Of a stretch of DNA of 64,000 nt, positions 9,722-21,125 are shown one piece after another. The DNA lies in assembly GCA_963746405.1 (NCBI GenBank), contig CAVVAV010000002.1, positions 908,414 to 972,413 on the forward strand, given 5' to 3'. Each line of letters opens with the position of its first letter. Position 1 is the stretch's first letter. Below the pieces are notes generated by a model that saw only the letters and a program-made list of their open reading frames with translations, searched no databases and was not told the origin of the DNA. This DNA comes from an uncultured Chloroflexia bacterium. Lineage in GTDB: Bacteria; Chloroflexota; Limnocylindria; Limnocylindrales; CSP1-4. The position numbers were made by a program, and so were the translations under genes.

Positions 9722-11701
9722 GTGAGCATCGACCCGTCCCCGTCGACGTCGCCCGAGATCGAGAACCTCCTCGCCGAGGACCGCAAGTTCCCGCCCGACC
9801 CGGCGTTCACGGCGCAGGCCAATGCCACGGCCGACCTGTATGTCGAAGCCGAGGCCGACTTCGAGGCGTTCTGGGCGCGTCTGGCGCGCGAGCGGATCGA
9901 TTGGTTCGAGGACTTCCACACCACCCTGGAGTGGGACCTGCCGTTCGCCAAGTGGTTCGTCGGCGGCAAGCTCAACCTCGCCTACAACTGCATCGACCGG
10001 CACGTGGAGCGCGGGCTCGGGGACAAGGTCGCCTATCACTGGATCGGCGAGCCCGGCGACACGCGAACGATCACGTTCGCCGAGCTGCAGCGTGAGGTCA
10101 GCAAGACCGCCAACGCCCTGCTGGAGCTCGGCGTGGTGACCGGCGACCGGGTGGCGATCTACATGCCGATGATCCCGGAGCTGCCCATCGCGATGCTGGC
10201 CTGCGCCCGCATCGGGGCACCGCACACGGTCGTCTTCGGGGGCTTCTCGGCCGAGGCCCTGAGTGGGCGCATGAACGATGCCCAGGCCAAGCTCGTCATC
10301 ACCGCCGACGGTGGCTGGCGACGCGGCAAGCCGGCGGCCCTCAAGCCGGCCGTCGATGAGGCACTCGAATCCTCGCCCACCGTGGAGCACGCGCTGGTGG
10401 TCCGCCGGCTCGGTGACGCCCTCGAGGGTGGCACCGCGATGCAGGACGGGCGCGACGTCTGGTGGCACGACGTCGTGGGCCGCCAGTCCGACGAGCACGC
10501 CCCGGTCGCGCTCGACAGCGAGCACATGCTCTACCTGCTCTACACCTCTGGCACGACCGCCAAGCCCAAGGGCATCGTCCACACCAGCGCGGGCTATCTC
10601 CTCGGGGCGAGCTTCACCCACGAGATGGTGTTCGACGTCAAATCCGACGACGTCTACTGGTGCGCGGCGGACGTCGGCTGGGTGACCGGACACAGCTACA
10701 TCGTCTACGGGCCGCTCGCCAATGCGACGACCAGCGTGCTGTATGAGGGCACGCCGGACACGCCGGACTGGAGCCGCTGGTGGCAGATCATCGAGGACTA
10801 CAAGGTCAACATCCTCTACTGCGCCCCGACGGCGATCCGCGCTCACATGAAGCAGGGGGCGAAGCACGCGGAGGCGCACGACCTCAGCAGCCTCCGGGTC
10901 CTGGGCTCGGTCGGGGAGCCGATCAACCCCGAGGCCTGGCTCTGGTACCACGAGCACATCGGCGGTGGCACGCGGCCGATCGTCGACACGTGGTGGCAGA
11001 CCGAGACCGGCATGATCATGATCACGCCGCTCCCCGGGGTGACGACCACGAAACCCGGGAGCGCGACGTTCCCGTTCCCGGGCGTCGAAGCCGACGTCAT
11101 CGACAGCGCCGGGAACTCGGTCCCCCTCGGTGGGGGCGGGCTGCTGGTCCTCAAGCGTCCGTGGCCGGCGATGCTGCGCGGCATCTACGGCGACCCGGAG
11201 CGCTATCGGGAGACCTACTGGAGCCGGTTTCCCGGGATGTACTTCGCCGGGGACGGCGCGAAGCGCGACAGCGAGGGCTACCTCTGGCTGCTCGGCCGCG
11301 TCGACGACGTCATGAACGTGTCGGGCCACCGGCTGTCCACGACCGAGATCGAGAGCGCGCTGGTCTCGCATCCGGCGGTGGCGGAGGCAGCGGTCGTGGG
11401 TGGGCCGGATCCGGTCACGGGCGAGGCGATCAACGCGTTCGTGATCCTGCGGCTCGGTACGGAGGCCTCCCCGGAGCTGGGCGAGGAGCTTCGCCGCCAC
11501 GTGGCCGCCAAGATCAGCCCGATCGCCAAGCCGAAGGGCCTGATGTTCGTGCCCGACCTGCCCAAGACCCGATCCGGCAAGATCATGCGCCGCTTGCTCC
11601 GCGACATCGCCGGGGGCCGCGTCCTGGGCGACACCACCACCCTCGCCGACGCCGGCGTGGTCGACCTGATCCGCTCGAACAGCGGCGCGGCGGAGGACTG
11701 A
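9722..11701 (+). CDS. acs: acetyl-coenzyme A synthetase (acetate--CoA ligase)
   Basis: 659 aa with the AMP-binding motif [18 protein letters not shown] and the C-terminal [11 protein letters not shown] typical of Acs. GTG start. Confidence 0.85.
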   Translation: MSIDPSPSTSPEIENLLAEDRKFPPDPAFTAQANATADLYVEAEADFEAFWARLARERIDWFEDFHTTLEWDLPFAKWFVGGKLNLAYNCIDRHVERGLGDKVAYHWIGEPGDTRTITFAELQREVSKTANALLELGVVTGDRVAIYMPMIPELPIAMLACARIGAPHTVVFGGFSAEALSGRMNDAQAKLVITADGGWRRGKPAALKPAVDEALESSPTVEHALVVRRLGDALEGGTAMQDGRDVWWHDVVGRQSDEHAPVALDSEHMLYLLYTSGTTAKPKGIVHTSAGYLLGASFTHEMVFDVKSDDVYWCAADVGWVTGHSYIVYGPLANATTSVLYEGTPDTPDWSRWWQIIEDYKVNILYCAPTAIRAHMKQGAKHAEAHDLSSLRVLGSVGEPINPEAWLWYHEHIGGGTRPIVDTWWQTETGMIMITPLPGVTTTKPGSATFPFPGVEADVIDSAGNSVPLGGGGLLVLKRPWPAMLRGIYGDPERYRETYWSRFPGMYFAGDGAKRDSEGYLWLLGRVDDVMNVSGHRLSTTEIESALVSHPAVAEAAVVGGPDPVTGEAINAFVILRLGTEASPELGEELRRHVAAKISPIAKPKGLMFVPDLPKTRSGKIMRRLLRDIAGGRVLGDTTTLADAGVVDLIRSNSGAAED

Positions 11702-11702
11702 G

Positions 11703-12347
11703 GTGCCGTTCGACTTCCTCAGGCGGAGGAAGGGATCGACCGATGCAGAGACGCCCGGCGGGGGCGGCGGTGGGCCCGGCGGGCGAGGCGTGCCGTTCGA
11801 CGGCCTCACCGACGAATGGCGGATCGTCGGCGAGATGCACATCGCGGCCCGGTTGTCCGACGCCCTCAACAAGCGCGAGGCGGTCACCATCTCGGACGTG
11901 CGGTGGGCGCCGGTGGATGGATCGGAGGAGCTGTCTCCCGCGTCCGGCCTCAAGGCGGTCGACCCGTACGACCTCATCCTCGTGCTGGCCGGCGCCGCCA
12001 CGCTGCCGCCGCTGACCGACGCAGAGCGGACCGCGTACAAGGTCCACAAGATCCCCTACGACGTGGCCCTCGAAGTGCCGCCCTTTCGGGTGATCGGCAC
12101 GGTCTACATGCACCCTGGCTCGGAGCCGGACCGGCTCCTGGACCGTGCGACCGAGATGTTCTTCCCGGTCGTGGCTGCGACGGCGTACCTCGGCGAGCAG
12201 CAGCTCGGGCCCGAGATGGATGCCATCCTCGTCAATCGTTTCTACCTGCGCGGTCTCGAGCAGGTCGACCGGCGCACCGGACTGCGGGCGGAGCCGCTCC
12301 CCGGTCAGCCGCTCGGCGGCATCAGCTGGCGCGACAGGTCTCGTTGA
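11703..12347 (+). CDS. hypothetical protein
   Basis: 214-aa ORF starting 2 nt after the acs stop. Gly-rich N-terminus. No recognisable domain. Confidence 0.45.
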   Translation: MPFDFLRRRKGSTDAETPGGGGGGPGGRGVPFDGLTDEWRIVGEMHIAARLSDALNKREAVTISDVRWAPVDGSEELSPASGLKAVDPYDLILVLAGAATLPPLTDAERTAYKVHKIPYDVALEVPPFRVIGTVYMHPGSEPDRLLDRATEMFFPVVAATAYLGEQQLGPEMDAILVNRFYLRGLEQVDRRTGLRAEPLPGQPLGGISWRDRSR

Positions 12348-12423
12348 CGTGGGCATCCGGAGGTAGTGAAACGGGCCGCGGCCAAAGCCACGACCCGTCG
12401 GTCCGAAGGGGAAGCGCGCGAGG

Positions 12424-13650
12424 CTACGCCCGGGCGGCGACCTTCTGGCGGTTGAACAGCCCGAATGCGGGCTTGGGGTTCGGCGAGGAGACCGGGGTCC
12501 CCATGATCCGGTCGGCGAGGGCGTCGAAGTCCTCGCTGATCTTCTCGCGCGGGAACATCTCGATCACCGTCCGCCCCTCGTTCGCGGCGCGGACGAAGAG
12601 CAGCCCACCCGATCGGAGGAGCGCGAGTGACGGCATGCCGACGGTCCGCTCCATGTCGGCGACGGACACGCCGCTATTCGCCCGGTTGACGACGAGGGCG
12701 AGGCGATCCCGGATCCCGAGCTCGGTCGCGAGGTCGGCCAGCTGGACGGCCGCCCGGATGGCGGGCACGTCCGGGGTCACGGGCACCAGGATGCGGTCGG
12801 CGACCTCGAAGATCGCCTGATTGAGCGGGCTGTACGAGGGGTGGAGGTCGATGACCACATAGTCGAACCCACGGCGGGAGGCCTGGATGAGGGCGCCCAC
12901 CCGGGCCGGGTCCAGGATCTCGGTGCCGAGCGGGGACGACGTCAGCGACACGACGCGCAGGCCCGACGGATGCGCCGCGGCCAGGTCGGCCAGGGTCTCG
13001 ACGGGTCCGCCGTCGGGCTCGTCAGTCCAGCTGTCGAGGACGGTCCGGACCTCGTTCATGCCCAGCGACGTCGTCACGTGCCCGGTCACCGTGTCGGCGT
13101 CGAGCAGGAGGACGCTCTGGCCCTTGCGGATCTGAAGCGTCGAGGCGAGGTTCGTCGCGATGGTCGTCTTGCCGACCCCACCCTTGGGGTTGAACACGGC
13201 GATGACCGTTGCCGGGTGGATCCAGCCGTCCGCCTCGATCGGGCCGCTCTGCAGGATCGGGCCGGAGCCGTCATCGACGGTCTGGCTTCGGATGCACATC
13301 GCCTCGACCCGCCAGCGCAGGGACTCGGCGGAGTACGGGCGTGTGAAGTATTCGTCCTCGACGCTGCCGCCACGCGAGCCGAGCCCCTCGAGGGTTCGTG
13401 GTGAGACGACCATCAGGGCCGGGATTGCCCGGCCGCCGTCGCGGAGCATCCCGTAGAACTCGAGGGACGTATCGAAGTCGGTCTCGCCGTCGAGGATCGC
13501 GACCGCCACATTGCGGTCACTCCCGAGCAACGCCTCGAGCTCGTCGGGGTGGCCGACGGAGATGACCGTGAAGCCCGCCTCCTTGAGCTCGGCCGCGACC
13601 GGGACGGACTCCTCGGTCGGCAGCGCGATGGCGACGCTCGGTCGAGCCAC
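12424..13650 (-). CDS. ParA/MinD-type P-loop ATPase with N-terminal receiver-like domain (CpaE/TadZ-like)
   Basis: The N-terminal ~120 aa have a CheY-like fold pattern. This is followed by a deviant Walker A (FNPKGGVGKTTIATNLAS) and LLLDADTVTGHV. Confidence 0.65.
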   Translation of the reverse strand: MARPSVAIALPTEESVPVAAELKEAGFTVISVGHPDELEALLGSDRNVAVAILDGETDFDTSLEFYGMLRDGGRAIPALMVVSPRTLEGLGSRGGSVEDEYFTRPYSAESLRWRVEAMCIRSQTVDDGSGPILQSGPIEADGWIHPATVIAVFNPKGGVGKTTIATNLASTLQIRKGQSVLLLDADTVTGHVTTSLGMNEVRTVLDSWTDEPDGGPVETLADLAAAHPSGLRVVSLTSSPLGTEILDPARVGALIQASRRGFDYVVIDLHPSYSPLNQAIFEVADRILVPVTPDVPAIRAAVQLADLATELGIRDRLALVVNRANSGVSVADMERTVGMPSLALLRSGGLLFVRAANEGRTVIEMFPREKISEDFDALADRIMGTPVSSPNPKPAFGLFNRQKVAARA

Positions 13651-13652
13651 GG

Positions 13653-15122
<1,470 letters not shown>

Positions 15123-15297
15123 GCGATGAGATCCTCGGTCTTGTTTGGGCTGGGGCGGTTCTGGGTGTGTCGGCATGGTGCCAGCGAGGTCTGGTGTGGT
15201 GGAGTCCGCTAGAGGTACCAGCGGCGTGCGCCGGTCGTACCGTTGGCTGCCGACCCACGAACGGCGTTGTGGGGCCGCAACAGCCATCGCGAGTACG

Positions 15298-16341
15298 ATG
15301 GCGGGGATGGAGCCACTCGACACGCTCGGACGGCCGCTGCGTGATCTGCGCATCTCGGTCACCGACCGGTGCAACTTCCGGTGCACGTATTGCATGCCCA
15401 AGGAAGTGTTCGGTCGCGACTACGAATTCCTGCCCAAGGACCAGGTCCTGAGCTTCGAGGAGATCGAGCGCGCCGCACGCGCCTTCGTCGCCCTCGGAGT
15501 CGAGAAGCTGCGGATCACCGGGGGCGAGCCGCTGGTCCGCCGCGACCTGCCGACCCTCATCGCCCACCTGGCGGCGCTGCGAACGTCCGACGGCCGGGCA
15601 CTGGACCTGACCCTCACGACCAACGGGGCCGCGCTCGCGGCACTCGCGCGGCCGCTGGCCGAGGCCGGCCTGGGTCGGGTGACGGTGAGCCTCGATTCGC
15701 TCGACGACGCCGTGTTCGGTGCGATGAACGGGGTCGACTTCCCGGTGGCGCGGGTCCTCGATGGCGTTGACGCTGCGCTGGCGGCCGGCCTGGCCCCAGT
15801 AAAGGTGAACATGGTCGTCCGGCGCGGCGTGAACGAGTCGTCCGTCGTGCCGATGGCGCGGTGGGCCCGCGAGACCGGCGTGACCCTGCGTTTCATCGAG
15901 TACATGGACGTCGGGCACTCAAACGGCTGGCGTCTCGACGAGGTCGTTCCGGCCCAAGAGCTGATCGACGCCGTCGGCGCGGTCTGGCCGGCGACACCGG
16001 CTGACGCGAACTACCGGGGCGAGGTCGCCGGTCGATGGCGCTACCTGGACGGCCGGGGGGAGTTCGGGATCATCTCGTCGGTCACGCGGCCGTTCTGCCG
16101 GGACTGCAGCAGGGCCCGTCTTTCGGCGGACGGCCAGCTGTACACGTGTCTCTTCGCGGTCGCCGGCCGCGACGTGCGGGCCGTGCTGCGCGATGGGTCG
16201 AGCGACGAGGATCTCGTGGCATTCCTGGCCGACACGTGGCGCGCCCGGGACGATCGCTATTCCGAGTTGCGCGCCCTGGCGACGGCGGACGGGCAGCGGT
16301 CCGACCTGCCCAAGATCGAGATGTTCGCGATCGGCGGCTGA
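15298..16341 (+). CDS. moaA: GTP 3',8-cyclase (molybdenum cofactor biosynthesis protein A)
   Basis: Radical-SAM motif [10 protein letters not shown] and the MoaA C-terminal Cys cluster ([20 protein letters not shown]). Start chosen at ATG 15298 ([10 protein letters not shown]). Confidence 0.85.
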   Translation: MAGMEPLDTLGRPLRDLRISVTDRCNFRCTYCMPKEVFGRDYEFLPKDQVLSFEEIERAARAFVALGVEKLRITGGEPLVRRDLPTLIAHLAALRTSDGRALDLTLTTNGAALAALARPLAEAGLGRVTVSLDSLDDAVFGAMNGVDFPVARVLDGVDAALAAGLAPVKVNMVVRRGVNESSVVPMARWARETGVTLRFIEYMDVGHSNGWRLDEVVPAQELIDAVGAVWPATPADANYRGEVAGRWRYLDGRGEFGIISSVTRPFCRDCSRARLSADGQLYTCLFAVAGRDVRAVLRDGSSDEDLVAFLADTWRARDDRYSELRALATADGQRSDLPKIEMFAIGG

Positions 16342-16378
16342 CCCGAGCAGATGGCCGGGGAACGGGCCTCGTCCACAG

Positions 16379-16411
16379 CCTGTCCACAGCGCGACGGGGT
16401 TCGTGGACAGG
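16379..16411 (+). other. hairpin CCTGTCCAC...GTGGACAGG within a 378-nt non-coding leader
   Basis: Perfect 9-bp inverted repeat seen directly. See the finding on region 16342..16719. Confidence 0.3.
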
Positions 16412-16719
16412 CGTCGGGCGTCCTCGGCAGGTTCGTGGATAAGCGCGTTGACCCGGGTCCCAGGGGCCACCTACCGTAGGTCTTGCCCGAAGGGGCCGAC
16501 CAGGGGCGCAGGAACCCGAGATCACATCAAGGACCTACGTTCTGCCGTTCGGTCGCTTCGGGCGCTTCGTTGCCCGAACGCTCGGTCCGTCTCACCACGG
16601 CCCGGGCCGCAGGGACGCCCGACGGGACGCGATCGGCATCCCGGTGTCGATACTTCCGTCGGGCGGACGGAGTCCCCTCGCCTCGGGCGTCCTATGCTGG
16701 ATGCGACCCTGGAGGCAAG

Positions 16720-17595
16720 ATGTCCGACCCCACCCCGGCCGTCGATCCGACACGTCCCATCCCGCCCGTGGAGCAGCCCGCCCGGATCAAGGCACTCGTC
16801 GCGGCCGTCCGCCAGCACACGGCGATCGTGCCGGAGGTGGGGATCGTCCTCGGGTCCGGACTGGGTGGGCTCGCCGATGACCTCGAGGACGCGGTCGCGA
16901 TCCCGTTCGCCGAGCTGCCTGGCTGGCCGCCGGCGACTGCACCGGGGCACGCCGGGCGTCTGTTGCTCGGCCGGCTTGGCGGCCGGCCGGTGGTGATGCT
17001 GCAAGGGCGATTTCACCTCTACGAGGGCAACGACCCGGGACTGGTCATCCAGCCCGTCCTGCTGTTCGGCGCCCTTGGGGCACGGATCGTCGTCCTGACG
17101 AACGCCGCCGGGGGCCTGGACCCGTCGTTCGGACCGGGCACGCTCATGGTCATGACCGACCACATCAACCTGACCGCTCGATCGCCGCTGATCGGCCCGA
17201 ACGCAGATGAGCTCGGGCCGCGCTTCGCGGACCTGACCGACGCGTGGAGCCCGCGCCTGCGCCGGCGCCTGCATGCGGCAGCGATCGCCGAGGAGGTCGA
17301 GGTCCGAGAGGGTGTCTATGTCGGACTGACGGGGCCGACGTACGAGACGCCTGCCGAGGTCCGGATGCTCGCCGCTCTCGGTGGCGACGCGGTCGGGATG
17401 TCGACGGTGCTCGAATGCATCGCGGCTCGCTGGATCGGCCTGGAGGTGTGCGGCGTCTCGCTCGTCACGAACGCCGGGGCCGGCTACACGGGGGCACCGC
17501 TGACCCACGAGGAGGTCCTCGAGTCCGGAGCCGAGGCCGGCCCGCGGCTGGCACGGGTGATCCGTCGCTTCCTGACGGACCTTGCCGACGATTGA
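16720..17595 (+). CDS. punA: purine nucleoside phosphorylase (PNP family I, PunA-type)
   Basis: ATG 16720 is preceded by GGAGG. Motifs VLGSGLGGLAD, GRFHLYEG and LGADAVGMSTV match PNP-I. Confidence 0.8.
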   Translation: MSDPTPAVDPTRPIPPVEQPARIKALVAAVRQHTAIVPEVGIVLGSGLGGLADDLEDAVAIPFAELPGWPPATAPGHAGRLLLGRLGGRPVVMLQGRFHLYEGNDPGLVIQPVLLFGALGARIVVLTNAAGGLDPSFGPGTLMVMTDHINLTARSPLIGPNADELGPRFADLTDAWSPRLRRRLHAAAIAEEVEVREGVYVGLTGPTYETPAEVRMLAALGGDAVGMSTVLECIAARWIGLEVCGVSLVTNAGAGYTGAPLTHEEVLESGAEAGPRLARVIRRFLTDLADD

Positions 17596-18130
17596 GTTGG
17601 CGACCATCCGTCTGCTGCAGGGCGACATCACCCAGGTCCGGGTCGACGCGATGGTCAACGCGGCGAACGAGCGGCTCGCGGGCGGCGGCGGCGTCGACGG
17701 CGCGATCCACCGTGCCGGCGGCCCGGCGGTCTTGGCGGACCTCGAACGGCGTTACGGCCGCGGCCGTTTCTGTCCGACGGGGAGTGCGGTGGTGGGTGCC
17801 GCGGGGAACCTGCCCGCGACGGTGGTCATCCACGCGGTCGGCCCGGTGTGGCAGGGCGGCGATCGCGGGGAGCCGGAGTCGCTCGCCTCGGCCTACCGAA
17901 CCGCGCTCGACCTGGCCGCGGCGGAGGGCGCTCGGACGGTCTCGTTCCCGTCCATCTCGACCGGCGTCTACGGCTACCCGGTCGACCAAGCCGCGCCGGT
18001 CGCGCTCGGCACGGTGCGCGATTGGCTCGCGGCGCACCCGGACGCCCTCGACATGGTCACGTTCGTCCTGTTCTCGAGCGATTCGCTAGCGGCCTTCGAG
18101 CGCGCCGAGGCCGCGCGGGCGGCCGGCTGA
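17582..18130 (+). CDS. macro domain protein (O-acetyl-ADP-ribose deacetylase-like)
   Basis: Motifs VDAMVNAANERLAGGGGVDGAIHRAGG and SIAFPSISTGVYGYP. TTG or GTG start that overlaps the punA 3' end. Confidence 0.7.
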   Translation: MPTIELATIRLLQGDITQVRVDAMVNAANERLAGGGGVDGAIHRAGGPAVLADLERRYGRGRFCPTGSAVVGAAGNLPATVVIHAVGPVWQGGDRGEPESLASAYRTALDLAAAEGARTVSFPSISTGVYGYPVDQAAPVALGTVRDWLAAHPDALDMVTFVLFSSDSLAAFERAEAARAAG

Positions 18131-18133
18131 TCG

Positions 18134-19258
18134 ATGGCCGCGAGGTCGACGGCACCGCTGCTGTCGCGACGCGCCCTCAATCGGACGCTGCTGGGCCGCC
18201 AGCTCCTGCTCGAGCGCGTTGACCGCCCGGCCGAGGATGTCATCGAGCATCTCGTCGGGATGCAGGCCCAGGAGCCACCCGATCCGTACCTGGCGCTGTG
18301 GAGCCGGATCCAAGGCTTCGACCCAGAGGAACTGAGCGCGCTCATCGAGGAACGGCGCGCGGTCCGCATGGGCCTCATGCGCACGACCCTACACCTGGTG
18401 ACCGCCCGCGACGCCAAGGCGCTCTATCCGGTCATGGCGGACGTGCTCCATCGAGCCTTCCGCAGCAGCCCGTTCGCGAAGCAGCTCGTCGGGGTCGACA
18501 TCGACGCGGTGCTCGACCTGGCCCGCGCCACGCTCGAGGAGCGGCCCCGCACGCCGGCCGAGCTCGGGAAGCTGCTCGCCCCGACCTGGCCCGACCGGGA
18601 CGCGCCGTCGCTGGCGTACGCCGCCCGGTTCCTGCTGCCATTGGTGCAGGTGCCGCCGAGGGGCCTGTGGGGCAAGACCGGCGGCGCGACGAACACGACC
18701 GCCGAGGCGTGGCTGGGTGGCCCCCTGGCCCCGTCGACGGCCGCGGACGAGGCGGTCCTGCGCTATCTCGGCGCGTTCGGGCCCGCGACGGTGTCCGACA
18801 TGCGGATCTGGTCGTGGCTCACCGGGCTGCGCGAGGTCGTGGAGCGGTTACGCCCACGCCTCCGCGTGTTCCGCGACGAGGCCGGTCGCGAGCTGTTCGA
18901 TGTCGAGGATGGGTTGTTCGTGGACGCCGACGCGCCGGCCCCGATCCGCTTCCTGCCGACATACGACAACATCTTCCTGTCGCACGACGACCGATCGCGG
19001 ATCCTCATCGAACGGATCGCCGTGCCCGACCTGATCTGGCGCGGCGGCGTCCTCGTCGACGGCTTCATCTCGGGCGCCTGGCGGATCCGCCGGGAGAAGC
19101 GGGAAGCGACGATGACGATCGAGCTGGTCACCCCGGTGCGAGGCGCCCAACGGGTCGAGCTCGAGGAGGAGGCGTCGCGCGCGTTCGCGTTCGTGGCGCC
19201 GGAGGCCGAGACGCGCGAGGTCGAGATCGTTCCCGCCAGCTGGCTCGGCGGGACCTAG
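18134..19258 (+). CDS. winged-helix DNA-binding domain protein, YcaQ/AlkZ-like DNA glycosylase family
   Basis: The N-terminal pattern LLGRQLLLERV....LVGMQAQEPPDPYLALWSR...MRTTLHLV resembles crosslink-repair glycosylases of the YcaQ family. Assignment is from memory. Confidence 0.5.
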   Translation: MAARSTAPLLSRRALNRTLLGRQLLLERVDRPAEDVIEHLVGMQAQEPPDPYLALWSRIQGFDPEELSALIEERRAVRMGLMRTTLHLVTARDAKALYPVMADVLHRAFRSSPFAKQLVGVDIDAVLDLARATLEERPRTPAELGKLLAPTWPDRDAPSLAYAARFLLPLVQVPPRGLWGKTGGATNTTAEAWLGGPLAPSTAADEAVLRYLGAFGPATVSDMRIWSWLTGLREVVERLRPRLRVFRDEAGRELFDVEDGLFVDADAPAPIRFLPTYDNIFLSHDDRSRILIERIAVPDLIWRGGVLVDGFISGAWRIRREKREATMTIELVTPVRGAQRVELEEEASRAFAFVAPEAETREVEIVPASWLGGT

Positions 19259-19300
19259 GCGCTTCGGGATCCAGGCGTCCGCGCTCCAGGCGTCCGAGAC

Positions 19301-19978
19301 TTAGGCGTCCAGGGTGCGCGGCGGCGCCTCGGCAGGTTCTCGGTCCTCCAGCGGGTCCGTGCCCGGCGATGAGCAGACGTAGTAGCGCAGCGGCAGGCGG
19401 CCGGTGTTCTCGACACGGTGGGTGAGCCCGGGCTCCACCCGGATCCCGGTCAGCGGCTCGAGGGTCTCGGTCGTCTCGTCGACCGTCACCAGGCCGCGTC
19501 CCTCGAAGACGACGAGGGCGTGCTCGGCGGCCGGATGGCGGTGCCAGGCATCGGCCGTGCCGGGGGCGACGACGACCTCGCTGATCGTGAACGTCGCTGT
19601 GCCGAAGTCGCCGGGCCGCACGATGAGCCGCCGCGAGATGCCGGCGTCGTCGATCACCACGGCGTCACCACCACGCCGGACAGGCTCGTCCTCGGCCTCC
19701 CACCGGCGGAAGAGCAGCCCGGGCCGGCGCGCGTCAGGCTCGACGGACGCGAGGAGGGCGAGGACGTCGACCGATCCCTCGTTTCGGACGAGGTGGTGCT
19801 CGGCCGGCGCCTCGTACAGCACGTCGCCAGCCCGGACCACGGCCCGGCGCTCGAGCTCCTCCCCATGCTCGAAGAGGAGCTCGCCCGCAGCGAGGTACAC
19901 GATGGTCTCGAGCCCGTGCCGGTGCGGGCCGATCTCGACGCCGGGTGGGATCCGGTCGAACTGGAGCCGGATCGTCAC
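19301..19978 (-). CDS. bicupin (two cupin_2 domains)
   Basis: Two cupin motifs: GPHRHGLETIVYLAAGE and AWHRHPAAEHALVVFEGRG. The GTG start at 19978 overlaps the thyX stop by 4 nt (GTGA). Confidence 0.6.
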   Translation of the reverse strand: MTIRLQFDRIPPGVEIGPHRHGLETIVYLAAGELLFEHGEELERRAVVRAGDVLYEAPAEHHLVRNEGSVDVLALLASVEPDARRPGLLFRRWEAEDEPVRRGGDAVVIDDAGISRRLIVRPGDFGTATFTISEVVVAPGTADAWHRHPAAEHALVVFEGRGLVTVDETTETLEPLTGIRVEPGLTHRVENTGRLPLRYYVCSSPGTDPLEDREPAEAPPRTLDA

Positions 19979-20859
19979 GCCTGCGGCAGTTCCCGGCCGG
20001 TCGCTCGAGCTGCGGCGGCCTTCTCGGCCCAGGCGCCCAGGACGTTGTCCTTGTGGGGTCGGATCGGACAGTGCTCGTCGCGGTTCTTGAACTCGTCGCA
20101 GTACCCGAGGGGCACGCACTTTGGCGCCAGGAACGAGCCGAGGAATGGCGACACGCCGAAGATCTCGTGGCGTACCAGTTGGAACAGCCGTCGGATCTCC
20201 CACTGGGCCATCGTGCACAGGCGCAACCCGGACATGTGGATCAGCGCCCGCAGGTTGGTCGTCATGACCAGGTTCGTCCGGGCCGCGTTCGGGAAGACGA
20301 AGCGCGCGTCCTCGCCCGGGACGCCTGCCTCGAGCATCTCGCCGTACAGCCCGAGCGCGCCATCGATCTGCGCCTCGTAGCGGTCGCGCAGCTCGGCATC
20401 GCCCTCGGCGATCGAGTGCGGCAGCATCGTGGCCGCGCCCTTGAACTTCACGTAGCGCTGGCTCTGCTGATCGAATGCGACACCGGCACGATGGCGGACG
20501 AGCTGGTGCGACAGCGTCCTCGACACCCCGGTGATCGCGAACGTGAAGACGACGTGCTCGATGGTCGAGCCGTGGCCCGATTCGATCACCGACGAGATGA
20601 GCTTCTGCATCTTGGCCGGGTCGTAGCCGCCGCCGACCGCCTTCTCGAAGATCTCCTCGGGGACCTCCTCCGAGTAGCACGTCCGGCACGCGGTGTAGAT
20701 GACCGGGACGTAGAACTTCTCGACGATGTCCCGGTCGGGGAACAGCAGGGAGACTTTCATCCCGAGGTCGCGTCGGCCCGGATTCTTGGGGATGCCGGTC
20801 TTGTCGCGGGCCGGCGGCTGGCCAGGCGGGACGGGATCGGGGAGGGGCTGGGCGGTCAT
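19975..20859 (-). CDS. thyX: FAD-dependent thymidylate synthase
   Basis: ThyX signature HQLVRHRAGVAFDQQSQRY (RHRxxxxxxxS) and VSRTLSHQL. The alternative start ATG 20760 (MKVSLLF) is plausible. Confidence 0.8.
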   Translation of the reverse strand: MTAQPLPDPVPPGQPPARDKTGIPKNPGRRDLGMKVSLLFPDRDIVEKFYVPVIYTACRTCYSEEVPEEIFEKAVGGGYDPAKMQKLISSVIESGHGSTIEHVVFTFAITGVSRTLSHQLVRHRAGVAFDQQSQRYVKFKGAATMLPHSIAEGDAELRDRYEAQIDGALGLYGEMLEAGVPGEDARFVFPNAARTNLVMTTNLRALIHMSGLRLCTMAQWEIRRLFQLVRHEIFGVSPFLGSFLAPKCVPLGYCDEFKNRDEHCPIRPHKDNVLGAWAEKAAAARATGRELPQA

Positions 20860-20909
20860 CGGAGCGCCAGTCTAGCCGAGGCGACCCGCAGGGGCGCGAG
20901 CCGAGCCGA

Positions 20910-21125
20910 TCAGTAGTAGTCCGAGCAGGACAGGAAGTAGCCGCAGCGACAGATGAGCTTGCACTTGCGCTCGTCCATCGCCGCACCGCAGTTGGCGCAG
21001 GTCATCATCACGAGGCCGGGGTCGACGGCGCCCGACGGCTCGTCGGGGTCCTCAAGGAACCGGATGGGTTGCACCGCCGAAAGCGCCGCGGGTCGCGTCG
21101 GGTCGTCGAGCATCGCGCGGCTCAT
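20910..21125 (-). CDS. small Zn-ribbon protein (CxxC..CxxC), uncharacterised
   Basis: 71 aa ending MMTCANCGAAMDERKCKLICRCGYFLSCSDYY. Its ATG overlaps the stop of the upstream AC-STAND gene (ATGA), and its own stop is 50 nt upstream of thyX. Confidence 0.5.
   Translation of the reverse strand: MSRAMLDDPTRPAALSAVQPIRFLEDPDEPSGAVDPGLVMMTCANCGAAMDERKCKLICRCGYFLSCSDYY

Noticed and set aside
19259-19300. Triplicated AGGCGTCC words between convergent genes
   Set aside because: They are imperfect and short, and no hairpin is formed. Probably chance.
19301-20986. Single 561-aa ORF on the minus strand
   Set aside because: Only the last ~226 aa (bicupin) are coding in this frame. The upstream part overlaps thyX, which is unambiguous in another frame (RHR...S motif).
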